Assembly (NCBI GenBank): GCA_018818405.1
Contig: JAHIRY010000047.1
Location: 2,053-66,052 of the forward strand
Direction of reading: 5' to 3'
Source: Patescibacteria group bacterium
GTDB lineage: Bacteria > Patescibacteriota > Patescibacteriia > UBA11705 > JABHMO01
Length of the DNA stretch: 64,000 bases
Shown piece by piece: positions 55,314 to 63,735 of the stretch (position 1 is the first letter of the stretch; every line of letters starts with the position of its first letter). A program made the position numbers and the translations under genes. The notes under the pieces are model-generated. The model was not told where the DNA came from and searched no databases. It saw nothing but the letters and a program-made list of their open reading frames with translations.

Positions 55314-57215
55314 GTGGCGATTTTAATAAAAAAGAAACAATTGGTAAAATATCCGGGCGGCAGTTTTTGCAAGCTGAACAAGCAGGGGACTGCGGATTAT
55401 CGCTTGATCGCGTTGTCTGTTTTTTTTATTTTGTTTTTTGGTTTGATCGTTGTTCGATTATTCAAGGTTCAAGTGTTGGAGCACAATTATTATATTACTC
55501 TCGCGTCGGATCAGCATGAAATTTTTCGCCAGCTTTATCCTGTTCGCGGAAATATTTTTGTGCAAGAAAAAAAAGGAAGCTTGGTCAGCAACAGCAAATA
55601 TTATCCGCTGGCAACAAATAAAAACATGAATTTGCTTTACGCGATTCCGAAAGACATCAAAGATCCGGATGCTGTTTTGGAAGTTTTGAAAGAAGTGTTT
55701 GAAATCGAAGAAAGCGAGGAAGAACCGCCGGGCGAGAATGAAGGAGTGGAAAATGCAGATGTAAATTTGACGCCCGAACAATTGCAACAAAAGAAAGATG
55801 ATGAATTGATTGAGAAATGGCGCGTTCAATTGGCAAAAGAAAATGATCCGTATGAACCGTTGAAACATCTTGCGTCCGATGAAGAAATGGAAAAAATAAA
55901 TTCATACAATTTGGAAGGAATTACCTCGATAAAGGAAATTTCCCGATATTATCCGGAAAAAAACAATGGCAGTCAGCTCCTCGGATTTGTGGGAAAACAA
56001 GCGGAAAATAATATGCCCGTGGGATATTATGGAATTGAAGGCTGTTTCAACAAAACATTGTCAGGCGAAGCCGGATTTTTGCGTTCCGAAATGGATAATT
56101 CCGGACGCTGGATCGCGATCGCGGGCAAGGATTTCAGTAAAGCGAAAAACGGACAGGATTTGGTTTTAACGATTGACAAATCCATTCAATATTTTGTCTG
56201 CGATGAGCTGAACAAAGCGGTGAAAGATCATTTGGCGGAAAACGGTTCGGTCATTATCATGGAGCCGCAAACCGGAAAAATTATTGCTTTGTGCAATTCT
56301 CCTGATTTTGATCCGAATAAATACAATGAAGTTGAGGATATTCAAGTGTTTAATAATTTGGCATTAACAGATACTTACGAACCGGGTTCGGTTTTCAAAG
56401 CGATAACAATGGCAGCTGCGCTTGATTCCGGAAAAATCGATCCGTTCAGCGGATATGAAGACACGGGCGAAGTTGTAATCGGCAAGGATATTATCAAAAA
56501 TTCGGACAGCAAAGCTCATGGCTGGCAGACGATGACGCAAGTTTTGGAAAAATCATTGAATACGGGAACCGTATTTGTCGCCAATAAAATTGGAATTGAT
56601 GAATTCAGGCGTTATGTTAAAGCATTCGGTTTTGGTTCAAAAACAGGTATTGATCTTTGCAGTGAAGGTGAAGGAAATATCGGTTCATTGGAAAGAGGCG
56701 GAGAAATTTATTTGGCCACCGCTTCGTTCGGACAGGGACTGACAACCACAGCGCTCCAATTGTTAAAAGCGTATGGCGCCATTGCCAATGAAGGGAAATT
56801 GATGGAACCGTATGTGATCGATTCGATTCTCGATGAAAATGGAGATGTGGTAAAACAGAATTCGCCGAAAATAGTTGGACAGGTAATTTCTCCGAATTCC
56901 GCGCGTCTGCTAGGAAGTATGCTGGTATCAGTGATAAAAAACGGACATGGCGCAAAAGCGGGCGTTCCGGGCTATATGGTAGCGGCCAAGACCGGAACCG
57001 CGCAAATGGCTGATCCGGTGAAAGGCGGTTACAGCGAGAAAACAGCGCACACGCTCGTCGGATTCGCGCCGTACAATAATCCTCGTTTTGTCATGGTTGT
57101 AAAGATAACCGCGCCGAAAAATGATCAATTCGCCGAAACTTCAGCTGCGCCGCTTTTCGGCAAAATCGCGAAATTCATGTTGGATTATTATGATGTGCCG
57201 CCGGATTTGCAATGA
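55314..57215 (+). CDS. ftsI: Penicillin-binding protein 2/3 (FtsI-type transpeptidase)
   Basis: N-terminal TM segment, a PBP dimerisation domain, and transpeptidase SVFK (SxxK), SDS (SxN) and KTGT motifs. Confidence 0.85.
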   Translation: MAILIKKKQLVKYPGGSFCKLNKQGTADYRLIALSVFFILFFGLIVVRLFKVQVLEHNYYITLASDQHEIFRQLYPVRGNIFVQEKKGSLVSNSKYYPLATNKNMNLLYAIPKDIKDPDAVLEVLKEVFEIEESEEEPPGENEGVENADVNLTPEQLQQKKDDELIEKWRVQLAKENDPYEPLKHLASDEEMEKINSYNLEGITSIKEISRYYPEKNNGSQLLGFVGKQAENNMPVGYYGIEGCFNKTLSGEAGFLRSEMDNSGRWIAIAGKDFSKAKNGQDLVLTIDKSIQYFVCDELNKAVKDHLAENGSVIIMEPQTGKIIALCNSPDFDPNKYNEVEDIQVFNNLALTDTYEPGSVFKAITMAAALDSGKIDPFSGYEDTGEVVIGKDIIKNSDSKAHGWQTMTQVLEKSLNTGTVFVANKIGIDEFRRYVKAFGFGSKTGIDLCSEGEGNIGSLERGGEIYLATASFGQGLTTTALQLLKAYGAIANEGKLMEPYVIDSILDENGDVVKQNSPKIVGQVISPNSARLLGSMLVSVIKNGHGAKAGVPGYMVAAKTGTAQMADPVKGGYSEKTAHTLVGFAPYNNPRFVMVVKITAPKNDQFAETSAAPLFGKIAKFMLDYYDVPPDLQ

Positions 57216-57545
57216 AGATTTGGCATGTAGCACACTTCCCCTAGATGCGACTCGGGACAGGCTTTCAGGCTCAGTGTGACAATTAATAAATCCTAAATCC
57301 TAAATACGAAATACTAAAAAAAATTACAAATTCGAAATTTCAAATACCAAGTAAATTATAATTCGTCTGCCCCGCACGCTGCGGCGGTGGCAATTTAAAT
57401 CAAGTAAATCAGTAGCAGATCAGTATATCACATGGAATGTCTCATGTGATAAAAGTTCAAATGGCTAATAAGCTAAGAAGCTACAAGCTAATAAGTCAAT
57501 CTTGTAAAACCGTGCAAAACTGATATACTGAATTTCATTAAACCA
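57216..57545. repeat. Mosaic intergenic repeat region R2 between ftsI and murF
   Basis: Contains the catgtagcac unit, aatcctaaatcctaaatacgaaatactaaa, accaagtaaattataattcgtctgccccgcacgctgcggcggtgg (the inverted GC unit), gctaagaagctacaagctaataag, a palindrome atcacatg..catgtgat and a murF promoter candidate. Confidence 0.7.
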
Positions 57546-58847
57546 TTGAAAAAATTACATAATATGAAAAAAATATTGGAAAGAATATTGGCGTCATGCG
57601 CCGAATCGATTTTGAAAAAATATCATCCGCGAGTGATCGGCATTACCGGCAGTATTGGCAAGACTTCGGCCAAGGAGGCGATTTATGCTGTGTTGAACAC
57701 CAAATTTAATGTTCGGGAAAATAAAAAAAATTATAACAATGAAATCGGCGTTCCGCTGACCGTTATCGACGCTGAGTCAGGCGGGAATTCAATTCTTGGT
57801 TGGATGAAAGTTTTTCGAAAAGCGATCAAATTGATTTACGGAGAAAATAAAAATTATCCGGAAATATTGATCATGGAAATGGGAGCGGATAAGCCCGGAG
57901 ATATTGAATATTTGGTGAACATTGCGCCTTGCAATATCGGAGTGGTGACGACTATCGGGCCGACGCATTTGCAAGCTTTCGGAACAGTGGAAAAAGTTGC
58001 CAGAGAAAAACAAAAAATTGTGAGCCATCTGAACAAAGACGGCGTCGCGATTTTGAATTATGATGATTTGTTGGTTCGGAAAATGGCGGAAAAGACAAAA
58101 GCGAAAGTTGTTTTTTTCGGTTATTCGGAAAAAGCGGATATTCATTCGGTTGATCTGGCGAATCATGGCGTGACAATGGATTTGCAAGGAATAAAATTTA
58201 AAATTTCCGACGGCCGAAGTTCTGTGCCGGTTTTTCTGCCCGGAGTGGTCGGCATTCATCAGATTAATTCCGCGCTCATTGCCGCGGCTGTGGGAAATTC
58301 CCTCGGAATGAATTTGATCGATGTTTCCATCGGATTGAAAAATTATCGGGCGCCAAAAGGAAGAATGAATTTGATCGAAGGAATTGAAAACAGTTTGATG
58401 ATTGATGATACTTACAATTCATCGCCAAAAGCGGCGGCAGCCGCGTTGGAAACCTTGGCAAAGTTGAATATTTCCGATGCTCGGAGAAAAGTGGCGATTT
58501 TGGGCGATATGCTGGAACTGGGAACTTTTTCAGAACAAGCGCATTATGAATTGGGAAAATCTGTGGCGGATTTGAAAATAGATTTTTTGATTTGCGCGGG
58601 AAATATGAGGCACAAAATAGTTCAGGGCGCAATGGAAAACGGTTTTTCCGGCGACAATATTGTTGAATTCCGCGATTCGGTCGAGGCTGGACAAACCGTG
58701 CGAAATTTGATAAAGTCCAATGAATTGATTTTGGTAAAAGGCTCGCAAGGCGCAAGAATGGAACTCATTGTAAAAGCGTTGATGCGCAATCCGGAAGACG
58801 CGAAAAAATTGTTGGTGAGGCAGACGGGAGAGTGGATTAAGAGTTAG
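57546..58847 (+). CDS. murF: UDP-MurNAc-tripeptide--D-Ala-D-Ala ligase MurF
   Basis: Mur ligase P-loop GITGSIGKTS plus the middle and C-terminal Mur ligase domains, 433 aa. Confidence 0.85.
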   Translation: MKKLHNMKKILERILASCAESILKKYHPRVIGITGSIGKTSAKEAIYAVLNTKFNVRENKKNYNNEIGVPLTVIDAESGGNSILGWMKVFRKAIKLIYGENKNYPEILIMEMGADKPGDIEYLVNIAPCNIGVVTTIGPTHLQAFGTVEKVAREKQKIVSHLNKDGVAILNYDDLLVRKMAEKTKAKVVFFGYSEKADIHSVDLANHGVTMDLQGIKFKISDGRSSVPVFLPGVVGIHQINSALIAAAVGNSLGMNLIDVSIGLKNYRAPKGRMNLIEGIENSLMIDDTYNSSPKAAAAALETLAKLNISDARRKVAILGDMLELGTFSEQAHYELGKSVADLKIDFLICAGNMRHKIVQGAMENGFSGDNIVEFRDSVEAGQTVRNLIKSNELILVKGSQGARMELIVKALMRNPEDAKKLLVRQTGEWIKS

Positions 58848-59069
58848 TTGCCACCACCGCAGCGTGCGGGGCAGGCGAATTATCTTTTGTGATTTGTGAT
58901 TTCGAGCTTGTCCCGCAGCGTGCGGGATCCCGCTCACAGCGGTGATTTAGGCTTTAGTATTTAGAATTTAGGATTTTAATTGTGCTACATGTTATATGTT
59001 ATATGAGCAGTGTTCCATGATTAGTGTTCCCTGATTAGTGCTCCCTGACAAGTGCTCCCTGAAAATCAC
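58848..59069. repeat. Mosaic intergenic repeat region R3 between murF and tRNA-Glu
   Basis: Two GC hairpin units (58852-58875 and 58907-58940), the AT-rich tttaggattt units, gtgctacatgttatatg and gtgctccctg x3 units. Confidence 0.7.
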
Positions 59070-59144
59070 GGCCTCATCGTCTAGTGGTTAGGACGCATGG
59101 TTCTCATCCATGTAACCGGGGTTCGATTCCCCGTGGGGCTACCA
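59070..59144 (+). tRNA. tRNA-Glu (anticodon CUC)
   Basis: A manual cloverleaf fits. Acceptor GGCCUCA/UGGGGCU (two G-U pairs), D-arm GUCU-AGUGGUUA-GGAC, anticodon loop UUCUCAU, T-arm CGGGG-UUCGAUU-CCCCG, and an encoded CCA. It is followed by a hairpin plus T-run terminator at 59148..59176. Confidence 0.8.
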
Positions 59145-59272
59145 AAAAATCATCATCGCGAGATGGTGATTTTTTGTTATTTAGGAAATTAATTTGAGTT
59201 ATCCACATTTAAATTTGCCGTTCGGTTTTTGTTTGGTATAATGAAGTTAGAACCGAACAGAAAGCGAACGTT

Positions 59273-59311
59273 AGTGAGTAAGAGATTGAGAGAATAAGAG
59301 ATTTAGAGATA
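59273..59311. repeat. Left arm of the inverted repeat flanking the four-helix-bundle gene, a degenerate (aagagatt)n array
   Basis: gagtaagagattgagagaataagagatttagagataaag. Its complement, (aatctctt)n, occurs at 59783..59825. Coordinates are approximate. Confidence 0.6.
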
Positions 59312-59429
59312 AAGTCAGAAATTCAATTTCGTAGATTCTAAGTCTCTCAGTTTCTGTCATTTTATCTAACTATTCTAAAGAATGAAGCATTCATATAAAT
59401 AATTAAGAATTTGGCAAAAAGGATATGAG

Positions 59430-59783
59430 TTGTTGATGAAAATTTATGAGGCAACTCGAAATTTTCCACAGGAAGAACGATTTGGATTGATATCAGATAT
59501 TAGACGATCGGCGAATTCCATTATCGCAAATATTGCAGAAAGTCATGGACGTTATTACTATCTCGATAAAATTCGTGTTTTATACATTGCTCGAGGTGAA
59601 ATAGAAGAAGTTAGTAGCCACCTCGCGGTTGCAACCGGTTTGCAGTATCTATCCATAGCGGAATCAACGGATTTTTTACAAGAATATGAAGGTTTACAAC
59701 TCGGATTAAATGATTTCATTGCGAGTTTATTACATCAATCAACTGCAATAAAAAAAAGTTCTAAAAAAAATAATTCCCAATAA
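59430..59783 (+). CDS. Four-helix-bundle protein (23S rRNA intervening-sequence / S23 / bAvd family)
   Basis: Family signature ...ATRNFPQEERFGLISDIRRSANSIIANIAESHGR...YIARGEIEEV. 117 aa, coordinates taken from the ORF track. Confidence 0.75.
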   Translation: MLMKIYEATRNFPQEERFGLISDIRRSANSIIANIAESHGRYYYLDKIRVLYIARGEIEEVSSHLAVATGLQYLSIAESTDFLQEYEGLQLGLNDFIASLLHQSTAIKKSSKKNNSQ

Positions 59784-59825
59784 CTCAATCTTCCAATCTC
59801 TCAATCTCTTAATCTCTTAATTATT
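59783..59825. repeat. Right arm of the inverted repeat flanking the four-helix-bundle gene
   Basis: ctcaatcttccaatctctcaatctcttaatctcttaatt, the reverse complement of the (aagagatt)n left arm. Confidence 0.6.
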
Positions 59826-59840
59826 CTAATATAATCACTT

Positions 59841-60446
59841 ATGACTAAACTAACCAAACGCCAAAGCGAAATACTCCGATTCGTCACCAACTTCGTAAAG
59901 GACTACGACTACGCTCCCAGTCAACGCGAGATTGCTGAGAATATGGGATTATCTTCACCGGCCACGGTTCACCAGCACTTGCAGCTTTTGAAAAGTAAAG
60001 GATTTCTCAAATGCGATCCTGATGTGCCGCGAGGAATCGAACTTACCAGCAAAGTTTTAAAACTGGGAAAAACAATTGAATTGCCGCTTGTCGGATTGAT
60101 TACAGCGGGCGAACCGATAGAAGCGATCGAAGAGAAGGAAACAATGGCTGTGCCGGCTGATCTGGTTTCCGATGAAAGTTCTTATGTCTTGAAAGTAAAA
60201 GGAGAATCAATGATCGAAGAAGGAATTTTGAGCGGAGACTATGTGATTGTTGAACGCAATCATTATCCGAAAAACGGAGATGTGGTAGTCGCTCTGTTGA
60301 ATAACGCTTATGCCACTTTGAAAAAGTTTTATCGCGAGACAAACAGAATCAGACTTCAGCCGGCAAATGCGACAATGAAACCGATTTTTTGCAAAGATGT
60401 GGCCATCCGCGGAGTGGTGAGAGCGATTATTCGCAAGTTCGCATAA
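59841..60446 (+). CDS. lexA: LexA repressor
   Basis: N-terminal winged HTH (LTKRQSEILRFV...SQREIAENMGLSSPATVHQHL), cleavage-site region, S24 peptidase Ser (GESM) and Lys (TLKKF), 201 aa. Confidence 0.85.
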   Translation: MTKLTKRQSEILRFVTNFVKDYDYAPSQREIAENMGLSSPATVHQHLQLLKSKGFLKCDPDVPRGIELTSKVLKLGKTIELPLVGLITAGEPIEAIEEKETMAVPADLVSDESSYVLKVKGESMIEEGILSGDYVIVERNHYPKNGDVVVALLNNAYATLKKFYRETNRIRLQPANATMKPIFCKDVAIRGVVRAIIRKFA

Positions 60447-60960
60447 TAAAATAAAAAAAGTAATTCATAAAAAGGCGCGGGAAAGAATTGTTTGTGACAA
60501 AAGCATGGACAAATAATCCTTTCCTCAGCCAAAAAAATTAATCTTATGTCAAAAAGAAAAGTTCGATCAATAGTAAGAAAATTTACCGGATTTTGGGAGG
60601 ATTTGACGATTAATGTGTGAGTTGTTGCAAGGAACAATCAGCAAGGAGCAGGGAACACTAATCATGTAGCATGTAACAATTCGCAGGGAGCAAGGAGCAC
60701 TAATCAGGGAACCCCGCCCTTCGCGAAGAGCGGGGGAACACAATTTAATTCCTAAATCCGAAATTCCAAACACCAAGTAAATTATAATTCGCCTGCCCCG
60801 CACGCTGCGGTGGCAGCAACCTACGGCAAGGAACAAGGAACACTAATAGGGGATCACAATATCAAATAGTTCGAAAGGTTTATAAATAGCTAAGAAGCTA
60901 TTTATCCCGCCCGCGGCGGGAATGAGCTACAAGCTAAAAAGCTAATTCGTAACAATTATA
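60447..60960. repeat. Mosaic intergenic repeat region R4 between lexA and the dinB-coupled ORF
   Basis: 60625-60690 is about 85 percent identical to 49203-49270. 60768-60815 is the same segment as 57336-57385. 60797-60847 is the reverse complement of 49897-49945. Also present are cccgcccgcggcggg and gagctacaagctaaaaagcta units. Confidence 0.75.
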
Positions 60961-61069
60961 TGAAAACAAACAACAAAGGAAAATTTATTATCACTTATTA
61001 TCCGCAGAATCAAAAATCAATCGGCATGTTCGTATCAATCAAAAAGTCATAACAATCAATTCAATCAAT

Positions 61070-61318
61070 ATGTATGAAACAATAGGACAACAAGTTGAAG
61101 TATTAGTCGCTTTTATGCGCGATCGCGTTTTACCTCTTTCGTTTCGGTGGAACAATAAAAAATATTCCATCAATAATGTAAATTTGGCTTATTACGATCG
61201 GGAAGGCAGGAAAAAATGCTATCATTATTCAGTGACCAGCGATGGCAGTTGTTTCAAATTGAGTTTTGACACGGAAAGCAATCAGTGGTTTTTGCAAGAA
61301 GCGTTTTATGCAGCTTAA
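61070..61318 (+). CDS. Hypothetical 82-aa protein translationally coupled to dinB
   Basis: It overlaps the dinB start by 11 nt. No recognised domain. Its position matches that of accessory proteins often found upstream of Y-family polymerases. Confidence 0.45.
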   Translation: MYETIGQQVEVLVAFMRDRVLPLSFRWNNKKYSINNVNLAYYDREGRKKCYHYSVTSDGSCFKLSFDTESNQWFLQEAFYAA

Positions 61319-62525
61319 AAGAATTATTCTGCATTTGGATATGGATTCGTTTTTTGCAACGGTTGAACAGCAGGCAAATCCGTTTTTACGGGGAAAGCCG
61401 ATTGTTGTTTCCGGAAAGGAAGGATCTCGCAGTGTAATTGTCGCTTCTTCGCGGGAAGCGAAAAAATGGGGAATCAAAACAGCCATGCTTCCGAGAGAAG
61501 CGAAAAAATTATGTCCGACATTGATATTTGTCGAGCCGGACGGAGTCAAATATGAATATTTAAGTCGAAAGTTTATTGAAATTTTGAAATTGTATACTGA
61601 TAAAGTTCAAGTGTTCAGTATTGATGAAGCATTTTTGGACTTGACCGGATTTGTCGCGGATTTTAACGGCGCGCGCGAGATTGCGCTTGAAATTAAGCGG
61701 AAATACAAAAATGAACTGGGCGATTGGATCAGTTGTTCCGTGGGAATCGCGGGAAATAAGTTGTTGGCGAAATTGGCATCTGATTTGGAAAAGCCGGACG
61801 GTTTGGTAATTATTGATGAAAAAAATAAAGAACAAATTTTAGATAAAATAAAATTAACGGATTTTTGCGGAATAGGCAGACAGCTGGAAAAAAGATTGGA
61901 TGCTTTGGGAATAAATTCGGTCTCCAAATTGAAAGATTATCCTCTTCATAATTTAATTAACGAATTCGGAAATGTTGCCGGACATCGGCTTCATGACATG
62001 AGCTTTGGCATTGATTTTGATCCGGTTGTTTCTTATCTCAATGAGTATGAACCGAAATCAGTGAGCCGAGCTTATACATTGCCGCGCAATACTTGGGAAA
62101 TTGAAGAAATTTTGGCTGTGCTCATGCATTTGTGCGAAAAAGCGGGCAGAGAACTTCGCCGAAAAAAATTGTCAGCCAAAACATTAATATTTTATTTGCG
62201 CTATGCTGATTTTTCTCATGGCGGCGCGAGAAAAACATTGCCGCGTTATGTGAATGACAGTTTTGAAATTTATCAAATAGGGGAATGTCTGTTAAAAAAA
62301 ATCAATTTGAAAAAGCCTGTTCGTTTGATCGGGCTTTGGCTCACTAATTTATCTCCGAGCTCTCAGCAGATTCCGCTCTGGCGAGAAGAAAGAAAAAAAC
62401 AAAAACTGATTCCTTTTTTGGATAAAATAAACGATATTTACGGAGAATTAACCATCAAGCCGGCATTTTTGTTAAAATTGAAAAGACTGAGGAAAAAGGT
62501 CGGCGGATTTAAAGTGAAAGACTGA
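61308..62525 (+). CDS. dinB: DNA polymerase IV (Y-family)
   Basis: ILHLDMDSFFATVEQ N-terminus, the catalytic SIDEAFLD motif and a little-finger domain. Start taken at ATG 61308. Confidence 0.85.
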   Translation: MQLKRIILHLDMDSFFATVEQQANPFLRGKPIVVSGKEGSRSVIVASSREAKKWGIKTAMLPREAKKLCPTLIFVEPDGVKYEYLSRKFIEILKLYTDKVQVFSIDEAFLDLTGFVADFNGAREIALEIKRKYKNELGDWISCSVGIAGNKLLAKLASDLEKPDGLVIIDEKNKEQILDKIKLTDFCGIGRQLEKRLDALGINSVSKLKDYPLHNLINEFGNVAGHRLHDMSFGIDFDPVVSYLNEYEPKSVSRAYTLPRNTWEIEEILAVLMHLCEKAGRELRRKKLSAKTLIFYLRYADFSHGGARKTLPRYVNDSFEIYQIGECLLKKINLKKPVRLIGLWLTNLSPSSQQIPLWREERKKQKLIPFLDKINDIYGELTIKPAFLLKLKRLRKKVGGFKVKD

Positions 62526-62566
62526 TGTGTTATAATTTAATTATTAACAAATAAACAAAAAATTTA

Positions 62567-62638
62567 TGGCATGCGGATGCAAACCAAAAGCAGGCTGTTG
62601 CAAGCCAAAAGCGAAAAAAACGGCTAAGAAAAAATAGC
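62567..62638 (+). CDS. Possible 23-aa Cys/Lys-rich peptide (MACGCKPKAGCCKPKAKKTAKKK)
   Basis: Short ORF followed by a terminator hairpin gtaagccgaacagggcttac plus U-run. No homology support. Confidence 0.25.
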
Positions 62639-62751
62639 AGAATAAGCATTTTGAAGCGAAAAACAAAAAAGTAAGCCGAACAGGGCTTACTTTGTGTTTT
62701 TCGCACAGTGTTGTTTCCTGATATCTGAAAATTCTGGTATAATTTATTTGT

Positions 62752-63732
62752 ATGGATCTGGGAGAATTGCAAAAATTTGTGGAAAACTTGCTGAGCGATA
62801 ATATTGTTTACGCGCCGATGAAAAAAGAGGCGAAAGTTTTTGTTTCTCCGATAAATAATTTTGCTGAGATTGATTGGACATCTGAGTTGCCGGCAAATTC
62901 ATTCAAATCGGTTTTTCTTCCGCCCGAGGAAATTTTGTGGAAAAATGCGGGCAAGAAATTTAAAACCGCATTTGCTTCAAAAAAAACAATCGCGCTTGCT
63001 ATGAATGTATTGGATCTGCAGGCGTTTACTTTATTTGAGCATGTTTTTGAAAAGGATATTTATTATCAGAGGAGAAGACAAAATACGTTTGTTGTCGGAT
63101 TTACCGCCGGACTGCCGGATGATTTTCGCAAATACAAAATTTTTCACGCTGATTATGAGGAAAATGTTTTGGAACATTTGATTTTTGATATTTTCATCGA
63201 AAAACAGAAAAATGGGAATTTCATATTTTTTTCCGGATCGGAAAAAGGACAGAAATTATTGGAGGAAAATAATGTCAAGGATTATGAGCATATAGAATTC
63301 GCCGGGTTGGTTCCCGAGTCCGGCATGAATCCTCGGCTGATTGCCAATAGAAAAGCTGTTGAACTGAGTTTTAACGACAAACTCTGGGACGAATTGGCGG
63401 AAATATGTCTGGCTTGCGGAAAATGCTCGGTTGTTTGCCCGACTTGTTTTTGTTTTAATTTGGAAGATGATCCGCAACTGAACGGCGTTGAGAGAAAAAG
63501 GCAATGGACGAGTTGTTTTTATCCGGAATTTTCAAAGATTTGCGGAAATAAAAAAGAATTGGCTGAGGTGAAAAAGAAATTATATTTTTGGTATTATCAT
63601 AAATTTGTCAGAATTCCCGAAGAATTGTCATATTACGGATGTGTCAGCTGTATGCGCTGTTTCAATGTTTGTCCTGTGGGAATAAATATTGCAGCCAATT
63701 TGCAGAGATTGGCGAAAAATCAACAAAAGTAA
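62752..63732 (+). CDS. 4Fe-4S dicluster oxidoreductase subunit (sulfhydrogenase beta / AsrA-like)
   Basis: Two ferredoxin-type motifs, CLACGKCSVVCP and CVSCMRCFNVCP. It precedes an FAD/NAD-binding subunit. Confidence 0.6.
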   Translation: MDLGELQKFVENLLSDNIVYAPMKKEAKVFVSPINNFAEIDWTSELPANSFKSVFLPPEEILWKNAGKKFKTAFASKKTIALAMNVLDLQAFTLFEHVFEKDIYYQRRRQNTFVVGFTAGLPDDFRKYKIFHADYEENVLEHLIFDIFIEKQKNGNFIFFSGSEKGQKLLEENNVKDYEHIEFAGLVPESGMNPRLIANRKAVELSFNDKLWDELAEICLACGKCSVVCPTCFCFNLEDDPQLNGVERKRQWTSCFYPEFSKICGNKKELAEVKKKLYFWYYHKFVRIPEELSYYGCVSCMRCFNVCPVGINIAANLQRLAKNQQK

Positions 63733-63735
63733 TTT

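Noticed and set aside
59070-59783. Diversity-generating retroelement around the four-helix-bundle (Avd-like) gene
   Set aside because: No reverse transcriptase ORF and no template/variable repeat pair were found within the window. The flanking repeats are simple 8-mer arrays, not TR/VR. The gene is treated as a stand-alone IVS-type 4HB protein.
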